Assembly: GCA_019661865.1 (NCBI GenBank)
Contig: JAIFWJ010000001.1
Coordinates: forward strand, 110,809-174,808
From: Candidatus Parcubacteria bacterium
GTDB taxonomy: Bacteria > Patescibacteriota > Minisyncoccia > Phycocordibacterales > Zambryskibacteraceae
DNA length: 64,000 bases
Reading direction: 5' to 3'
Both the position numbers and the translations under genes were made by a program. Positions 1 to 9,857 of this stretch are shown piece after piece. Position 1 is the stretch's first letter; the number at the start of each line of letters is the position of its first letter. The notes beneath the pieces were generated by a model. It saw only the letters and a list, made by a program, of their open reading frames with translations. It was not told the origin of the DNA and did not search any database.

Positions 1-1097
1 ATCTCTTCTGCGACCAGCTTGGCCGCATCAGGCTTCTGGAGTGCTCTCTGTCCTTCTTTCATTCTCTCCCCTATCTCAGGGTGATCAATGATTCTTTTTA
101 TCTCACTTAATAATATATGTGGAGTTAGATTTTTCTCTTCTATTACTTCTGCTGCTCCAGCTCGAGCTGCGGCGAATGCATTCTTGGTCTGGTCGTGCGA
201 GACCGGTTCAGGAATGGGTATAAGTATCGCTGGTATCTGCCAGGAAGCAATTTCAAATATGGTCGAGCCAGCACGTGATACTACCACGGCTGCAGCACCG
301 GCTCCCATGCGTAATGCTAAGGGATTGAGATACGGGTAGGGTTTATAGCGTTTTTTATATTGGGTACCAGTTAAGACTGCGTCTGCAGTACGTTTAACTT
401 CATCGAAATTCTTCGCTCCAGTCTGATGAATTATTTGTACATCCTTCACAAATTCTGGTAGAGCCTCGATGATCGCATCATTTATGGTCACTGCTCCTTG
501 TGACCCACCAAGTACTAAGACAATGGGTGTGTCCTCCTCAAGTTCCAGATATTCTCTTGCTCCGCTTGAGACAGCCATGACAATATCTTTACGTACAGGA
601 TTACCGGTCAAAGCCACTTTTCCTTCCGGGAAAAATTGTGCAGCTTCTGGCCAAGAAACAGCAATACGCCGCGCGAACTTCCCTGCCCAGAGACTTACTC
701 TCCCTGGTACAGTATCAGACTCGTGTATAACCACAGGAATAAACAGAAGCCTGGCTGCCATAAGTACTGGAAAGCTAGCATATCCTCCCTTAGAAAAAAC
801 CACATCGGGATAAAGTCGGAAGACGGTAAAAATTGAAACTAGTATTCCCCAAGCCGTCTTAAAGAGATCGAAGAAATTTAAAAGTGAGAAATATCTTCTT
901 ATTTTCCCGGCCCGGATCTTCTTGTACTGAATATTATGCTCGAAGAGCACACCCTCATCGTACGGTGTGGGTGCCATGTAGTAGAGTTCTGGAGGTAAGA
1001 GATGCTTATCTTTAACCACCTGGTCCACAGCTTCTGCCACAGCAATGATTGGATAGAAGTGTCCACCTGTACCGCCTCCGCTAAATAAAATTCTCAT
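1..1097 (-). CDS. murG: UDP-GlcNAc:lipid I GlcNAc transferase MurG (3' end outside window)
   Basis: Not in ORF track. Reverse translation from ATG at 1097 gives MRILFSGGGTGGHFYP...SKGGYASFP...IHESD...TGNPVR...VLGGSQGA; ATGA overlap with ftsW stop. Confidence 0.95.
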   Translation of the reverse strand, partial: MRILFSGGGTGGHFYPIIAVAEAVDQVVKDKHLLPPELYYMAPTPYDEGVLFEHNIQYKKIRAGKIRRYFSLLNFFDLFKTAWGILVSIFTVFRLYPDVVFSKGGYASFPVLMAARLLFIPVVIHESDTVPGRVSLWAGKFARRIAVSWPEAAQFFPEGKVALTGNPVRKDIVMAVSSGAREYLELEEDTPIVLVLGGSQGAVTINDAIIEALPEFVKDVQIIHQTGAKNFDEVKRTADAVLTGTQYKKRYKPYPYLNPLALRMGAGAAAVVVSRAGSTIFEIASWQIPAILIPIPEPVSHDQTKNAFAAARAGAAEVIEEKNLTPHILLSEIKRIIDHPEIGERMKEGQRALQKPDAAKLVAEE

Positions 1098-2197
1098 TTA
1101 ATTGCTCGTGATTTAGAAATTGAGAGGATGATGCCCACCTCGACCAAGGTTATGAAGAGCGAGGTGCCGCCATGGCTAACGAAAGGAAGTGTAATACCCG
1201 AGAGGGGTAAGACACCAAGCATGGCTCCAATATTTACAAACGCCTGGGCAACTATCATTATAACAATCCCTACAGTGAGCAGTCTACCGAAGGTGTCTGA
1301 GGTTTCTGAAGCTATTTTAAGTCCTCTTACGGCGAAGAATACATATAGGAGAATGAGAAGGCTAGCCCCCACGAATCCGAATTCTTCTGCTTCAACAGCA
1401 AAGATTGAGTCTCCGATAGGCTCTGGTAGAAAATTAAATTTCTGAACGCTTTGTCCGAACCCTCTACCGAAGACTCCTCCAGATCCTATGGCTATAAGTG
1501 ATTGCTGAATCTGGTAACTTGATCCTTGGCCATTTGCTTCAGGATGGAAGAAGGTATTTATCCTCTGCATTACATATGGGCGCGACAAGGCTAAGGCCGT
1601 TATTCCAAGTACACCCACAATTGTAAGTAGTACCACGTATCTCCACCTGCCCCCTCCACTCAGATAAATAGCCAGTCCTGCGAATATAATCATGAGAAAG
1701 TTGTCCGTGTCTGGCTGAGCTAGTAGAAGTACCGCCGCAAGTGTAAAGAGTCCGACCAAGGGCACGAAACCTTCTTTAAAATTTTTCATCTTTTCTTTCT
1801 TGGCAGCGGCCCAAGCAGAAAGATATACCACGAAGGCAAGTTTAAGAACTTCACTGGGTTGAAATGAAATTCCGAAGACGACGAACCATCTTCTAGCTCC
1901 CCCATGTTCAAACCCAAGTCCAGGAATAACTACTAAGACATTTAAAATAACCGCAATGATAAGAAACGACAGGGCATATTTCCTTAAATTTTTATAATCT
2001 CGTTTAGCTACGAGATACATGGCAAGAGAGCCAAGACAGAATCCAAGAACGGTTTGTGAAAATGCCACTGAGGAATACTGTGTGCTGTCCTTGGCAAGTA
2101 ATCCAAGTGAAGCAGAACTAAATATAAGCAGTCCTGCCACTATTAGAATTATTACAGACAGGAGAAACTGCTTATCTACTTTGAGTTTAGAAGCCAT
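1094..2197 (-). CDS. ftsW: SEDS peptidoglycan polymerase FtsW
   Basis: Multi-TM; GARRWF, QPSE, QPD, YQIQQSLIAIGSGG, LPFVSHGGTS motifs; between mraY and murG. Confidence 0.93.
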   Translation of the reverse strand: MASKLKVDKQFLLSVIILIVAGLLIFSSASLGLLAKDSTQYSSVAFSQTVLGFCLGSLAMYLVAKRDYKNLRKYALSFLIIAVILNVLVVIPGLGFEHGGARRWFVVFGISFQPSEVLKLAFVVYLSAWAAAKKEKMKNFKEGFVPLVGLFTLAAVLLLAQPDTDNFLMIIFAGLAIYLSGGGRWRYVVLLTIVGVLGITALALSRPYVMQRINTFFHPEANGQGSSYQIQQSLIAIGSGGVFGRGFGQSVQKFNFLPEPIGDSIFAVEAEEFGFVGASLLILLYVFFAVRGLKIASETSDTFGRLLTVGIVIMIVAQAFVNIGAMLGVLPLSGITLPFVSHGGTSLFITLVEVGIILSISKSRAIK

Positions 2198-2215
2198 AAA
2201 CACAATTATACACGC

Positions 2216-3301
2216 TTAGATTATCCCCAATACGAGTCCTAAAAGAGCGAAGATCACTCCAATGATCCAATACCGCATCGTCACCTTGTATGGTGGCCAA
2301 CCTAGAGCTTCGAAATGGTGGTGTATGGGAGCGACAAGGAAAACCTTTTTCCCCTTACGAGTTTTTTTCGAGGTCACTTGGATAATGTTAGAAAGTGTAG
2401 TGACCAGAAGCGGGAGAGCAATTACAGGTAAGACCATGATGCCATGACCGTGTCCAAGTGCGTCTGTCATGAAGGCCACAACGGCAAGTGTAATAGTCAG
2501 TCCCATAGTGCCGGTCTCAGACATGTAATAACGCGCCGGTGGAATATTAAACCACAAAAATGCCAAGAGTCCTCCCACTACTACTGCACAGAATGCGGCC
2601 AAGTTTATCTGATTCTGATAGAAGGCGATGCCAGCGTATGCTGCGAACATTGTGGCAAATATTCCACCAGCCAGTCCATCTATGCCATCTATCACTCCAC
2701 CTGAGTAAAGTGCCAAGGTTACAAATATAAAGAATGGTACAAAAGCCCAACCCAAGTAAAGCTCTCCACCACTAAACGTTAACAATCCAAGAGTTCTTAC
2801 TTCAAGCTTTGTATAGAACCACCATGCACATATAAGGGCGATGAAAGTGACTATGAGAAGACGCTTCACTAGTGAGAGTCCCCCGGCTGCATAGTCTCGA
2901 CTACCGCGAGCCTCTAGATAATCATCGATAAGTCCTACTAGGCCACCAGCCACAAGAGTAAAGAGGGGAATCCAGGTTTGATTACGGCTCAGAAGGTCAA
3001 GCTTAGATGTGACATCTCCGGGAAAGTATCTTGCTACCAGGGATCCTACTACTACCGTGACAGCTACGGAGAGCCAGACCACTATACCTCCCATTCGAGG
3101 AGTACCAACTTCTTTATATTTATGAAGCTCGTTAAATATTGGTGTTCCACCGCCGCCCAGGCCGACATCCTTCCCTGCCTTCTTCTTCCACATCTCACGT
3201 TTATATAGGAAGTTAGTAAGTACTGGGGTAATACCTACTCCCAATGCGAAAGCAATGATGGTGGGGATGAAAACTTTAACTACATCAGCGATGATCACCA
3301 T
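2216..3301 (-). CDS. mraY: Phospho-N-acetylmuramoyl-pentapeptide transferase MraY
   Basis: GTPRMGG, GLIDD, DGIDGLA, FLWFN-PA, APIHHHFE motifs. Confidence 0.95.
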   Translation of the reverse strand: MVIIADVVKVFIPTIIAFALGVGITPVLTNFLYKREMWKKKAGKDVGLGGGGTPIFNELHKYKEVGTPRMGGIVVWLSVAVTVVVGSLVARYFPGDVTSKLDLLSRNQTWIPLFTLVAGGLVGLIDDYLEARGSRDYAAGGLSLVKRLLIVTFIALICAWWFYTKLEVRTLGLLTFSGGELYLGWAFVPFFIFVTLALYSGGVIDGIDGLAGGIFATMFAAYAGIAFYQNQINLAAFCAVVVGGLLAFLWFNIPPARYYMSETGTMGLTITLAVVAFMTDALGHGHGIMVLPVIALPLLVTTLSNIIQVTSKKTRKGKKVFLVAPIHHHFEALGWPPYKVTMRYWIIGVIFALLGLVLGII

Positions 3302-3310
3302 ATGAGTATA

Positions 3311-4282
3311 CTAGTTTTGGACTTGAGTAGTTGTTGATATAGAACTACTCTGGATAGTTTCTAGGGCAGCTTTCACAAGCTTCTGTACATCTTGGAAGCG
3401 AGCTTCATCGGTAGAACCTAAAACTGATATAACGATTGGCCGGCCTATTTCTGGATCGAAGGCAATTACTAGGTTACCTCCAGCCAGATCTGTAGAACCA
3501 GTCTTCGAGGCCCGAAGACCTGGGATCTCATTTACTATCACATCAGTATTCTTAGCCGTATGGACTGTATGGTCTAGCGTAGGAGTGGTGATATAAGGCA
3601 GTCTTGTAGCCTCGAACAAATCAGGGTGAGTCCTAAGCACATATGCAAAGAGTACTGACATGTCTCTGGCTGTGCCGTAAGCTCCGCTGCGATGGAAAGA
3701 TTCGTCGAGCCCAGTTTCGTTAAAATAATATGTGTTATCAAGGTTTAACTCCTCGGCTTTCTTATTCATAAGCCTAATGAATTCCTGGCGGGCTGCTTCG
3801 GGCTCCGAGGTAGGATTATCGAGAGATCCCAGAGTCAATGCTACAGCTCTCATGCCGTCGTTTGAAGAAGATGTAAGTGAGAAGTCGAGTAAGTCCTTAA
3901 GTGTCCATCTTTCCCCCACGTGGAGACCTGAGTCTCCGTCAGCAAGTATTGCATCTTGGGTTATGGTCACAGTGGTCCCACTTGGGGCCAAGTCACGCGC
4001 CACCAGTGCTGTCATCACCTTAGTGATAGAGGCAAGTGGTAGTCTCTCGTTTTCTTCCTTAGCGAAGAGAGTGTTACCAGTACGCACATCATATACATAG
4101 GCTGCCTTGGCCTCTAGGGTTATGTGATCGAAGGCGGAGACCACTTGAGTGGGCACAGACACTGCTTGACGCTTAACTCTGTGGCTCAGGACGAAGGATA
4201 GTGCCAAGAGTCCGATAAGGATCACACCTAAGACGCCAAAAAACTTAACCTCACCTTCGCTTGTCAGAAATGGATTATTCAT
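3311..4282 (-). CDS. D-alanyl-D-alanine carboxypeptidase (peptidase S11), membrane anchored
   Basis: ASITKVMT (SxxK), SSN (SxN), KTG motifs; N-terminal TM. Confidence 0.9.
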   Translation of the reverse strand: MNNPFLTSEGEVKFFGVLGVILIGLLALSFVLSHRVKRQAVSVPTQVVSAFDHITLEAKAAYVYDVRTGNTLFAKEENERLPLASITKVMTALVARDLAPSGTTVTITQDAILADGDSGLHVGERWTLKDLLDFSLTSSSNDGMRAVALTLGSLDNPTSEPEAARQEFIRLMNKKAEELNLDNTYYFNETGLDESFHRSGAYGTARDMSVLFAYVLRTHPDLFEATRLPYITTPTLDHTVHTAKNTDVIVNEIPGLRASKTGSTDLAGGNLVIAFDPEIGRPIVISVLGSTDEARFQDVQKLVKAALETIQSSSISTTTQVQN

Positions 4283-4826
4283 CTTGCTCTTTGCCTTCTG
4301 TTTTGGCGAAAGTATTTAATTTTTCGAATGCAGTTTTAAATTCCGGAAGCTCTTCTATCTTAGTTATGCCTAAGAAGCGCAAGAGTTCCGTCGTGGCTTT
4401 ATAACTAAAACTTCTCTCCCCTGTTGTGGAGTCCACTCTCTCTATAAGTCCTCTTATGAGTAAGTTACGCAGAATAAAGTTTGAATTTACTCCTCGGATA
4501 TAATCAATTTCTCTTCTAGAAATCGGACCCTTATAAAGAATGATAGAGAGTGTCTCGAGCCCTGCCCTACCAATGTCACGAGAGAGTTCTTCCTTCTGAA
4601 TTTCTTCAATTAACGAGCTTAGATTTGGGTGAGTACCGAAGCTTATTTCTTCACCATTTGACACGATGACTATGCCACGACCCTCATGACTTCTTTGTAA
4701 TTTGGAAATAGCGGAATCTATATTTTCGCGTGGTACTCCAAGTATCTTAGAGAGAGCTGTAAGTGAGATAGGCTCGTTTTTGAAAAGAAGTATGGCTTCT
4801 ATTTTCTGCTCGAGAGTAATGGACAT
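4275..4826 (-). CDS. scpB: SMC-Scp complex subunit ScpB
   Basis: IEAILL, LETLSIILYKGPISRREIDYIRGVNS, LEELP-like end. Confidence 0.93.
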   Translation of the reverse strand: MSITLEQKIEAILLFKNEPISLTALSKILGVPRENIDSAISKLQRSHEGRGIVIVSNGEEISFGTHPNLSSLIEEIQKEELSRDIGRAGLETLSIILYKGPISRREIDYIRGVNSNFILRNLLIRGLIERVDSTTGERSFSYKATTELLRFLGITKIEELPEFKTAFEKLNTFAKTEGKEQDE

Positions 4827-4829
4827 GAG

Positions 4830-5582
4830 TTATGCGTAATTAGGAATACCTACAGTTTCTGTTTCCATTTCAATATTCTTGCCTTCTTGAGTGACTTTTA
4901 TGGCTCCGCGCTTCACCAACTCTAGCATGGCAAGGAAGCCCACAATAACTGCCACTTTCTTTTCCTGTGTAAGCTTACCTGTAGCACCCAGGTGCTTAGA
5001 TGCAAAGTCATTGAAGCTCATCTTTATTCCGCGTGCAATTCTTTCTGAAAGTTTCTCTATAGTTTCTTCTAGAGTTATCATTTTCCTCACTATTGCTTTA
5101 GGAAGTACTTCTTTCTTTGGCAAGGCTTCTATGAGTGCAAGTAAAGCTTCGGAAAGATCTGATACAGTTGTTTTCTTATCTGGAGAGAAAACAATAACTT
5201 CTTTCTTGGATGGCAACTTTTCGAAAATGATTTGTTTGCCGAATATCTTTCGTATTTCTTGTGAAAGTTCTTTTACTCGAGCATAGATCTTAAGTCGATG
5301 TTCAAGGTCCTCGATACTCCCCTCTTCTTCATCTGTAAGTTCGAGATTCGGAAGTAATGAACGGGACTTCAAGAGCATGAGAGTTGAAGCCACTACGATA
5401 AACTCTGCGCTCTCACTTATGGGAAACTCTTCGTGACTCTCGAGGTACGCTATGAAGTCATCTGTCACTTGGGAGAGTGAGACGTCTGAGACGAAGAGCT
5501 TCCTTTTCTCTATAAGGTCAAGAAGAAGGTCCAGAGGACCTTCGAAGACAGCCGTTTTGACCGAGTATTTAAACGCCTCCAT
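4830..5582 (-). CDS. scpA: Segregation and condensation protein ScpA
   Basis: FEGPLDLLLDLI, LKSRSLLP, FLAMLELVK. Confidence 0.93.
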   Translation of the reverse strand: MEAFKYSVKTAVFEGPLDLLLDLIEKRKLFVSDVSLSQVTDDFIAYLESHEEFPISESAEFIVVASTLMLLKSRSLLPNLELTDEEEGSIEDLEHRLKIYARVKELSQEIRKIFGKQIIFEKLPSKKEVIVFSPDKKTTVSDLSEALLALIEALPKKEVLPKAIVRKMITLEETIEKLSERIARGIKMSFNDFASKHLGATGKLTQEKKVAVIVGFLAMLELVKRGAIKVTQEGKNIEMETETVGIPNYA

Positions 5583-5632
5583 TTCTTAAACCTTATCATT
5601 TCTAGCCCCCAATTCCAATAAATGGTTACAAC

Positions 5633-5660
5633 AAAAACCGCCCCTTGCGGAGCGATTTTT
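5633..5660 (-). terminator. Intrinsic terminator after the lytic transglycosylase gene
   Basis: ATCGCTCC-GCAA-GGGGCGGT stem-loop followed by TTTT on the minus strand. Confidence 0.75.
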
Positions 5661-5677
5661 GTCAGGCCAGTCATCCG

Positions 5678-6481
5678 TTAGGATCCTGCCTGTCTGAAGA
5701 GAGTTGCAGTGGCTACGACCTTGTACGGGTAGCCAGCAGAGTCGTCATGAAGACGTTTGGTGAACTTCTCTACAGATGCATCAGAGAGCAGTTTGTGAAT
5801 AGTCACATTGTGTGATTCCACATATGCTCTAAGTGTAGCTGAGTCGGAGACACCAGGAAGTGTGATTCCGTCATTTGCCTTGGCGTAAATCTGAAGCGCC
5901 TTTGTAACGTTACCCTCACCGGCATGGTATGCCCATGTGGCAAGACCCCAGTCGCCGAAGCGTTCGTAGTTCTCGGCAAGGTATGTAATACCGGCCGTGA
6001 TACTTTTCTCTGGGTCCTTGCGATCATCCTGCTTTTTATTCACAGTTAGACCAAGGTTACGAGCAGTACCTGGCATGAGCTGGTAGACACCAAGTGCTCC
6101 TGCACTAGACTTGGCCGTCTCAGATCCACCATTCTCGAGGAAAGCCACACCTATGGCCACGTCTTCTGGTACACCCTTCTTGGCAGCGACAGCCTTAATG
6201 GTATCGGCATGACGCTCGATCACATCTAGAGAAGCTGCATATGCTGGACGAGTACTCACGAAGTCCATTTGCTTGCCTATGATTGCGTCGCTCACATCTA
6301 CTGAGACATTACCGAAGAATGAGTCGACTATGGCTACTTCTGCCTTAACTACAGAGTTTGTAACATCTGTAAGAGGAGTAGTAACGGGACTTACAGGTAG
6401 TGCTGGGGCGAGTAGAGAGGTGCCCAGTATGGTACCGGACACAATGAGCTTAAAAGCTGCATTAATTTTTGTTGCTAACAT
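5678..6481 (-). CDS. Secreted lytic transglycosylase (SLT domain)
   Basis: Signal-like N-terminus; catalytic E in AFLENGG, SSAGALGVYQLMP, AYHAGEG motifs. Confidence 0.88.
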   Translation of the reverse strand: MLATKINAAFKLIVSGTILGTSLLAPALPVSPVTTPLTDVTNSVVKAEVAIVDSFFGNVSVDVSDAIIGKQMDFVSTRPAYAASLDVIERHADTIKAVAAKKGVPEDVAIGVAFLENGGSETAKSSAGALGVYQLMPGTARNLGLTVNKKQDDRKDPEKSITAGITYLAENYERFGDWGLATWAYHAGEGNVTKALQIYAKANDGITLPGVSDSATLRAYVESHNVTIHKLLSDASVEKFTKRLHDDSAGYPYKVVATATLFRQAGS

Positions 6482-6691
6482 AATTTTGGATTAGGACACT
6501 AACGAATGTGCGAACTTCTTACGAACTTGGCCTGGTCGCACATTCGTCTAAATCCCCAATCTAAGCTCACGAGAAAGTTTGGGCGCAAAAAAACCGCGTT
6601 TCCGTGGTATCTCGTCTACGGTGCCCCTTTCAGTGGCTCTCTATTCAGTTGTACACCACATATTATAGGCTTGGCTTAACCTTGACGTCAA
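6482..6691 (-). promoter_or_regulatory. Sigma70 promoter and structured ~175-nt leader with internal terminator upstream of the SLT gene
   Basis: TTGACG(6691-6686)-N18-TATAAT(6667-6662); two GAAA-capped hairpins, the second followed by T7; 13-bp stem 6501-6513/6536-6548. Confidence 0.65.
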
Positions 6692-6759
6692 CCATATGAC
6701 TTTGTCTAGTTGAGGCTTAAAATAACGATTTATTTCATCAGTACGAAATATATGAGAAA

Positions 6760-6781
6760 GGCCCCAACTTGCGTTGGGGCC
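6760..6781 (-). terminator. Intrinsic terminator after the lipoprotein gene
   Basis: GGCCCCAAC-GCAA-GTTGGGGCC followed by TTTCT. Confidence 0.75.
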
Positions 6782-6805
6782 ATAGTCAAACCTGTACTGT
6801 ACAGC

Positions 6806-7633
6806 CTACTGAACCAGCGTCGCCCAGCCGTTCTTCACCTCGAGGTGAGGCTTAGTGCGACGTGTGAGAGACGTGGAACGGAGGATCTCTGCGCCCAGGG
6901 CCGATTTGGCCGCGGTGACGCTCTCGTAGACGGCGCAATGGACGATCATCCGCCCAGTTTTCATGTCATGGTGGACGATCTCCCTGCGTGTATTGTTGGG
7001 AGTGCTGATGTTGAGGACTACACCCAGGCCAGCGGTGCTAGCGAAGGTCAGACTGTCGGTGCGCGAGCAGCCGAGCTCGTAGAGCTCCACAGGGAAGACG
7101 AAACGCTGGGTCAAGTCTTCGACATGGATCTCCTCGGTGACACTGACACTTCCTGTACGGACCCGACGTTCATGGGAACGCAATGGAAGCATTGTGCCTG
7201 ACCGGTTATCCATACCCCCGTCGCTGAACATAACCCTGGCAGTGTCGTAGGACATTACACCACGGTGATGCTGCGGATCCATCGGCTGCCAGTCAGAGAG
7301 AAACGAGATACTCGTCCTTTCCTGGCTGGTTGGGTAGATCCACCTCGCGCCGTTGACGCCCATGCCGATCGTGGCCCTGGGTCCGTCTTGCTCGAGTATC
7401 GTGGAAAACTTGTTCTCTCCTGTGGATACCCAGTGAAGACCGAAGGATACTTCCTCGAGGTTGAGACTCGACACAACACCGAAGAACGGCATCGTGTTCG
7501 GATCGGCGGACGAGTCCATCGAGATCGAAATGATCGAGACGGAGTTCGGGGCGATCGCGCGAGGAGACGTTGCACCGTCGCTGCACGCGGCCATTAAGGC
7601 TACGAGGCAAAGACCGAGAACGGATCGAGACAT
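6806..7633 (-). CDS. Hypothetical lipoprotein, GC-rich stand-alone gene
   Basis: Signal peptide with lipobox LMAA-C; AGGAG SD; own promoter and terminator; visibly higher GC than neighbours. Confidence 0.75.
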   Translation of the reverse strand: MSRSVLGLCLVALMAACSDGATSPRAIAPNSVSIISISMDSSADPNTMPFFGVVSSLNLEEVSFGLHWVSTGENKFSTILEQDGPRATIGMGVNGARWIYPTSQERTSISFLSDWQPMDPQHHRGVMSYDTARVMFSDGGMDNRSGTMLPLRSHERRVRTGSVSVTEEIHVEDLTQRFVFPVELYELGCSRTDSLTFASTAGLGVVLNISTPNNTRREIVHHDMKTGRMIVHCAVYESVTAAKSALGAEILRSTSLTRRTKPHLEVKNGWATLVQ

Positions 7634-7678
7634 TGAAGCTCCTGTATAGTTGGTTTGACTTAATGAACTTCTGTAGTC

Positions 7679-7707
7679 AGTATAGCACTTATAGCCTATC
7701 TTGTCAA
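7679..7707 (-). promoter_or_regulatory. Sigma70 promoter for the lipoprotein gene
   Basis: TTGACA-N17-TATACT with TGn extension. Confidence 0.8.
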
Positions 7708-8562
7708 GCTTGTCTGATCAGTTAGGCTTGCCTGTGCAACCAGGGGGAAACTATGGCTTAGAACATAGTCAATTAACTGTTTTTCATCGTGTATTCTGTC
7801 TTCTGATCCTAGGGCTATGAAGACCACCGGGTGGATTCCATCTACGCTTGGGAGGCCTAACACTGTGAGTATTGTCTGGCGAGCTGCAGTTGTTTGTCCA
7901 TTCTTCCCACCTACAAAGTATGGGTTATCTATAAAGTTATTGAAGTCATGCAGGTCGAGCCAAGTTCCCTGCCCTCCCTTACCTGCTGTAATCTTAAATA
8001 TTTCTGGATGCTTTTCATAAATATATTTAGCAAGTGTGTAGAGATCTTCAGCGGTAGAGATGTTGTCCTGGGATATACCAGAAGGGTCGGCATAGCGTGT
8101 ACTATTCATCCCGAGTGAAAGTGCTTTTAGATACATTAGTTTTAAAAAATTTGTCCAACCGACAGAGTGAGTAAATATATTCGCAGCTTCATTCGAGGAT
8201 TCCATAAGCAGTGGATACAAGAGATTCCTGTATCTTACATCGTCACCTATCTTAAAGCGTGTCTTAGAAGTACTTACAAGATCGTCAGGATATACCACTG
8301 TTATGTCATCTAGGTTCACATTCTCGAGTGCTATCACTGCTGTCATGAGTTTCGTTATTGAAGCGATGGGAACTCTCTTAGTATCATCTTTATTCAAGTA
8401 CATTTCTCCAGTCTTTAGATCCTTAACCAGATATACGGGTGCAGAAAATGTGGAAGAGGTACTTAACTCAGCTTTTAACGGATATTTCGTAGCATGGAGA
8501 AATACACTATATAAGATTGTGAGGGCTATTATTGCGACTATGGCTCCAGTTACTTTACGCAT
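7696..8562 (-). CDS. D-alanyl-D-alanine carboxypeptidase/endopeptidase (peptidase S11)
   Basis: ASITKLMT, SSN, KNG motifs; N-terminal TM. Confidence 0.88.
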   Translation of the reverse strand: MRKVTGAIVAIIALTILYSVFLHATKYPLKAELSTSSTFSAPVYLVKDLKTGEMYLNKDDTKRVPIASITKLMTAVIALENVNLDDITVVYPDDLVSTSKTRFKIGDDVRYRNLLYPLLMESSNEAANIFTHSVGWTNFLKLMYLKALSLGMNSTRYADPSGISQDNISTAEDLYTLAKYIYEKHPEIFKITAGKGGQGTWLDLHDFNNFIDNPYFVGGKNGQTTAARQTILTVLGLPSVDGIHPVVFIALGSEDRIHDEKQLIDYVLSHSFPLVAQASLTDQTSLTR

Positions 8563-9857
8563 TATGGGTTCAAACGTTTAACGTCTCGAGGTAGGTATGT
8601 GGCTTCGCGGACATTGGGTAGGTCAAGGATCTTCATAATAAAGCGTCCAGGACCTATGCCTGCACCACCGTGTGGAGGGCAGCCGAAGCGGAAGAAGTTT
8701 AGGTAATCCTTGAGAGGTTCAAGGTCCATACCTTTCTCAAGGGCTTGGCTCTCTAGTATCTCTGGTCTGTGCTCACGCTTTGCGAGAGTTGTCACTTCCA
8801 CTCCGCGGAATATAAGGTCTGCACGTTGGGATCTGTCTGGATCTTCCTTTGTGCGCATATGGTAGAAGGCAGACTTGGACTTATGATAATCAGTTATAAA
8901 TACAAAGTCGTGATTATATTTCTCTTTTACATATTCAGAGATTGCTCGTTCTTCTTCGGGAGATAAATCATGCTCTTCTCCTGACTCGATCCCTCTCTCC
9001 CTCAAGATTTTCTTGGCTTCTACAATCTTCACCCGCGGGAATGGCTGAGTAGGTAGAGTGATATCAAGATCAGGGAAGGCAGCAAGTAGAGACTTGAATC
9101 CAGAAATGATCATCCCTTCTTCCATATCCATAACATCATGATGACTCTCTACGTAAGCCATTTCGAAATCCCAACCAGTAAACTCAGTCAGGTGTCTTGT
9201 AGTAAAGGAAGGTTCAGCGCGGAAAACCGGGCTCACCATAAAAACTCTTTCAAAGCCGGATGCAATACCCATCTGCTTGTAGAACTGTGGTGATTGAGCC
9301 AAGTACGCCTTACGGTCGAAATAGTCCACCGAGAAGACCTCTGCACCAGTCTCTGAAGGAGTGGACATAAATGCAGGTGGGTAAAGCTGTATGAAGCCGT
9401 TTTCATCCCAGAATTTTCTCCACCCTTTCTCGAACTCTGTCCAGACCTTGAAGATGCGAGCCTTCTCAGGTTTACGAAGGTCAAGCCATCGGTAGTCGAA
9501 GCGTAGTGGTGCCTCTGTCTCCTCTCCACCCTTCTTAGTAAACACTGGTATAGGAAGTTCGGGTGCTGCTTCAGAGATGATCTCGAGATTACTTACTTGT
9601 ATCTCTACTCCGCCGGGAGCATTCTTCTCTTCCTTCACCTGACCGGTCACTGAGACTACTGACTCGAGATGAATCTCTTTAGCCTTATCGAACATGCCAC
9701 TTTCGGGTAAGATCACAGTTTGTATAACGCCATGTATATCACGAAGGATTAAGAATATAACCTTGGACTGGATTCGGAGTGCATATACGAAGCCGCGGAC
9801 AGTTACCTCCTTGCCGGCGCACTCACAAACTTCCTTAGTATTAAAAGTTTTTTTCAT
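8562..9857 (-). CDS. aspS: Short (archaeal-type), probably non-discriminating aspartyl-tRNA synthetase
   Basis: 431 aa without GAD insert; LAQSPQFYKQ, FRAE, GCPPHGGAGIG, PRD; APGG loop as in non-discriminating enzymes. Confidence 0.9.
   Translation of the reverse strand: MKKTFNTKEVCECAGKEVTVRGFVYALRIQSKVIFLILRDIHGVIQTVILPESGMFDKAKEIHLESVVSVTGQVKEEKNAPGGVEIQVSNLEIISEAAPELPIPVFTKKGGEETEAPLRFDYRWLDLRKPEKARIFKVWTEFEKGWRKFWDENGFIQLYPPAFMSTPSETGAEVFSVDYFDRKAYLAQSPQFYKQMGIASGFERVFMVSPVFRAEPSFTTRHLTEFTGWDFEMAYVESHHDVMDMEEGMIISGFKSLLAAFPDLDITLPTQPFPRVKIVEAKKILRERGIESGEEHDLSPEEERAISEYVKEKYNHDFVFITDYHKSKSAFYHMRTKEDPDRSQRADLIFRGVEVTTLAKREHRPEILESQALEKGMDLEPLKDYLNFFRFGCPPHGGAGIGPGRFIMKILDLPNVREATYLPRDVKRLNP

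Noticed and set aside
88-836. Plus-strand ORFs at the window start and similar antisense ORFs elsewhere (e.g. 18535-19209, 6710-7201, 58075-58581)
   Set aside because: Shadow frames opposite well-supported genes
6482-6660. c-di-AMP (ydaO) or c-di-GMP riboswitch
   Set aside because: Only a loose CTGAAT match; the other consensus elements are absent
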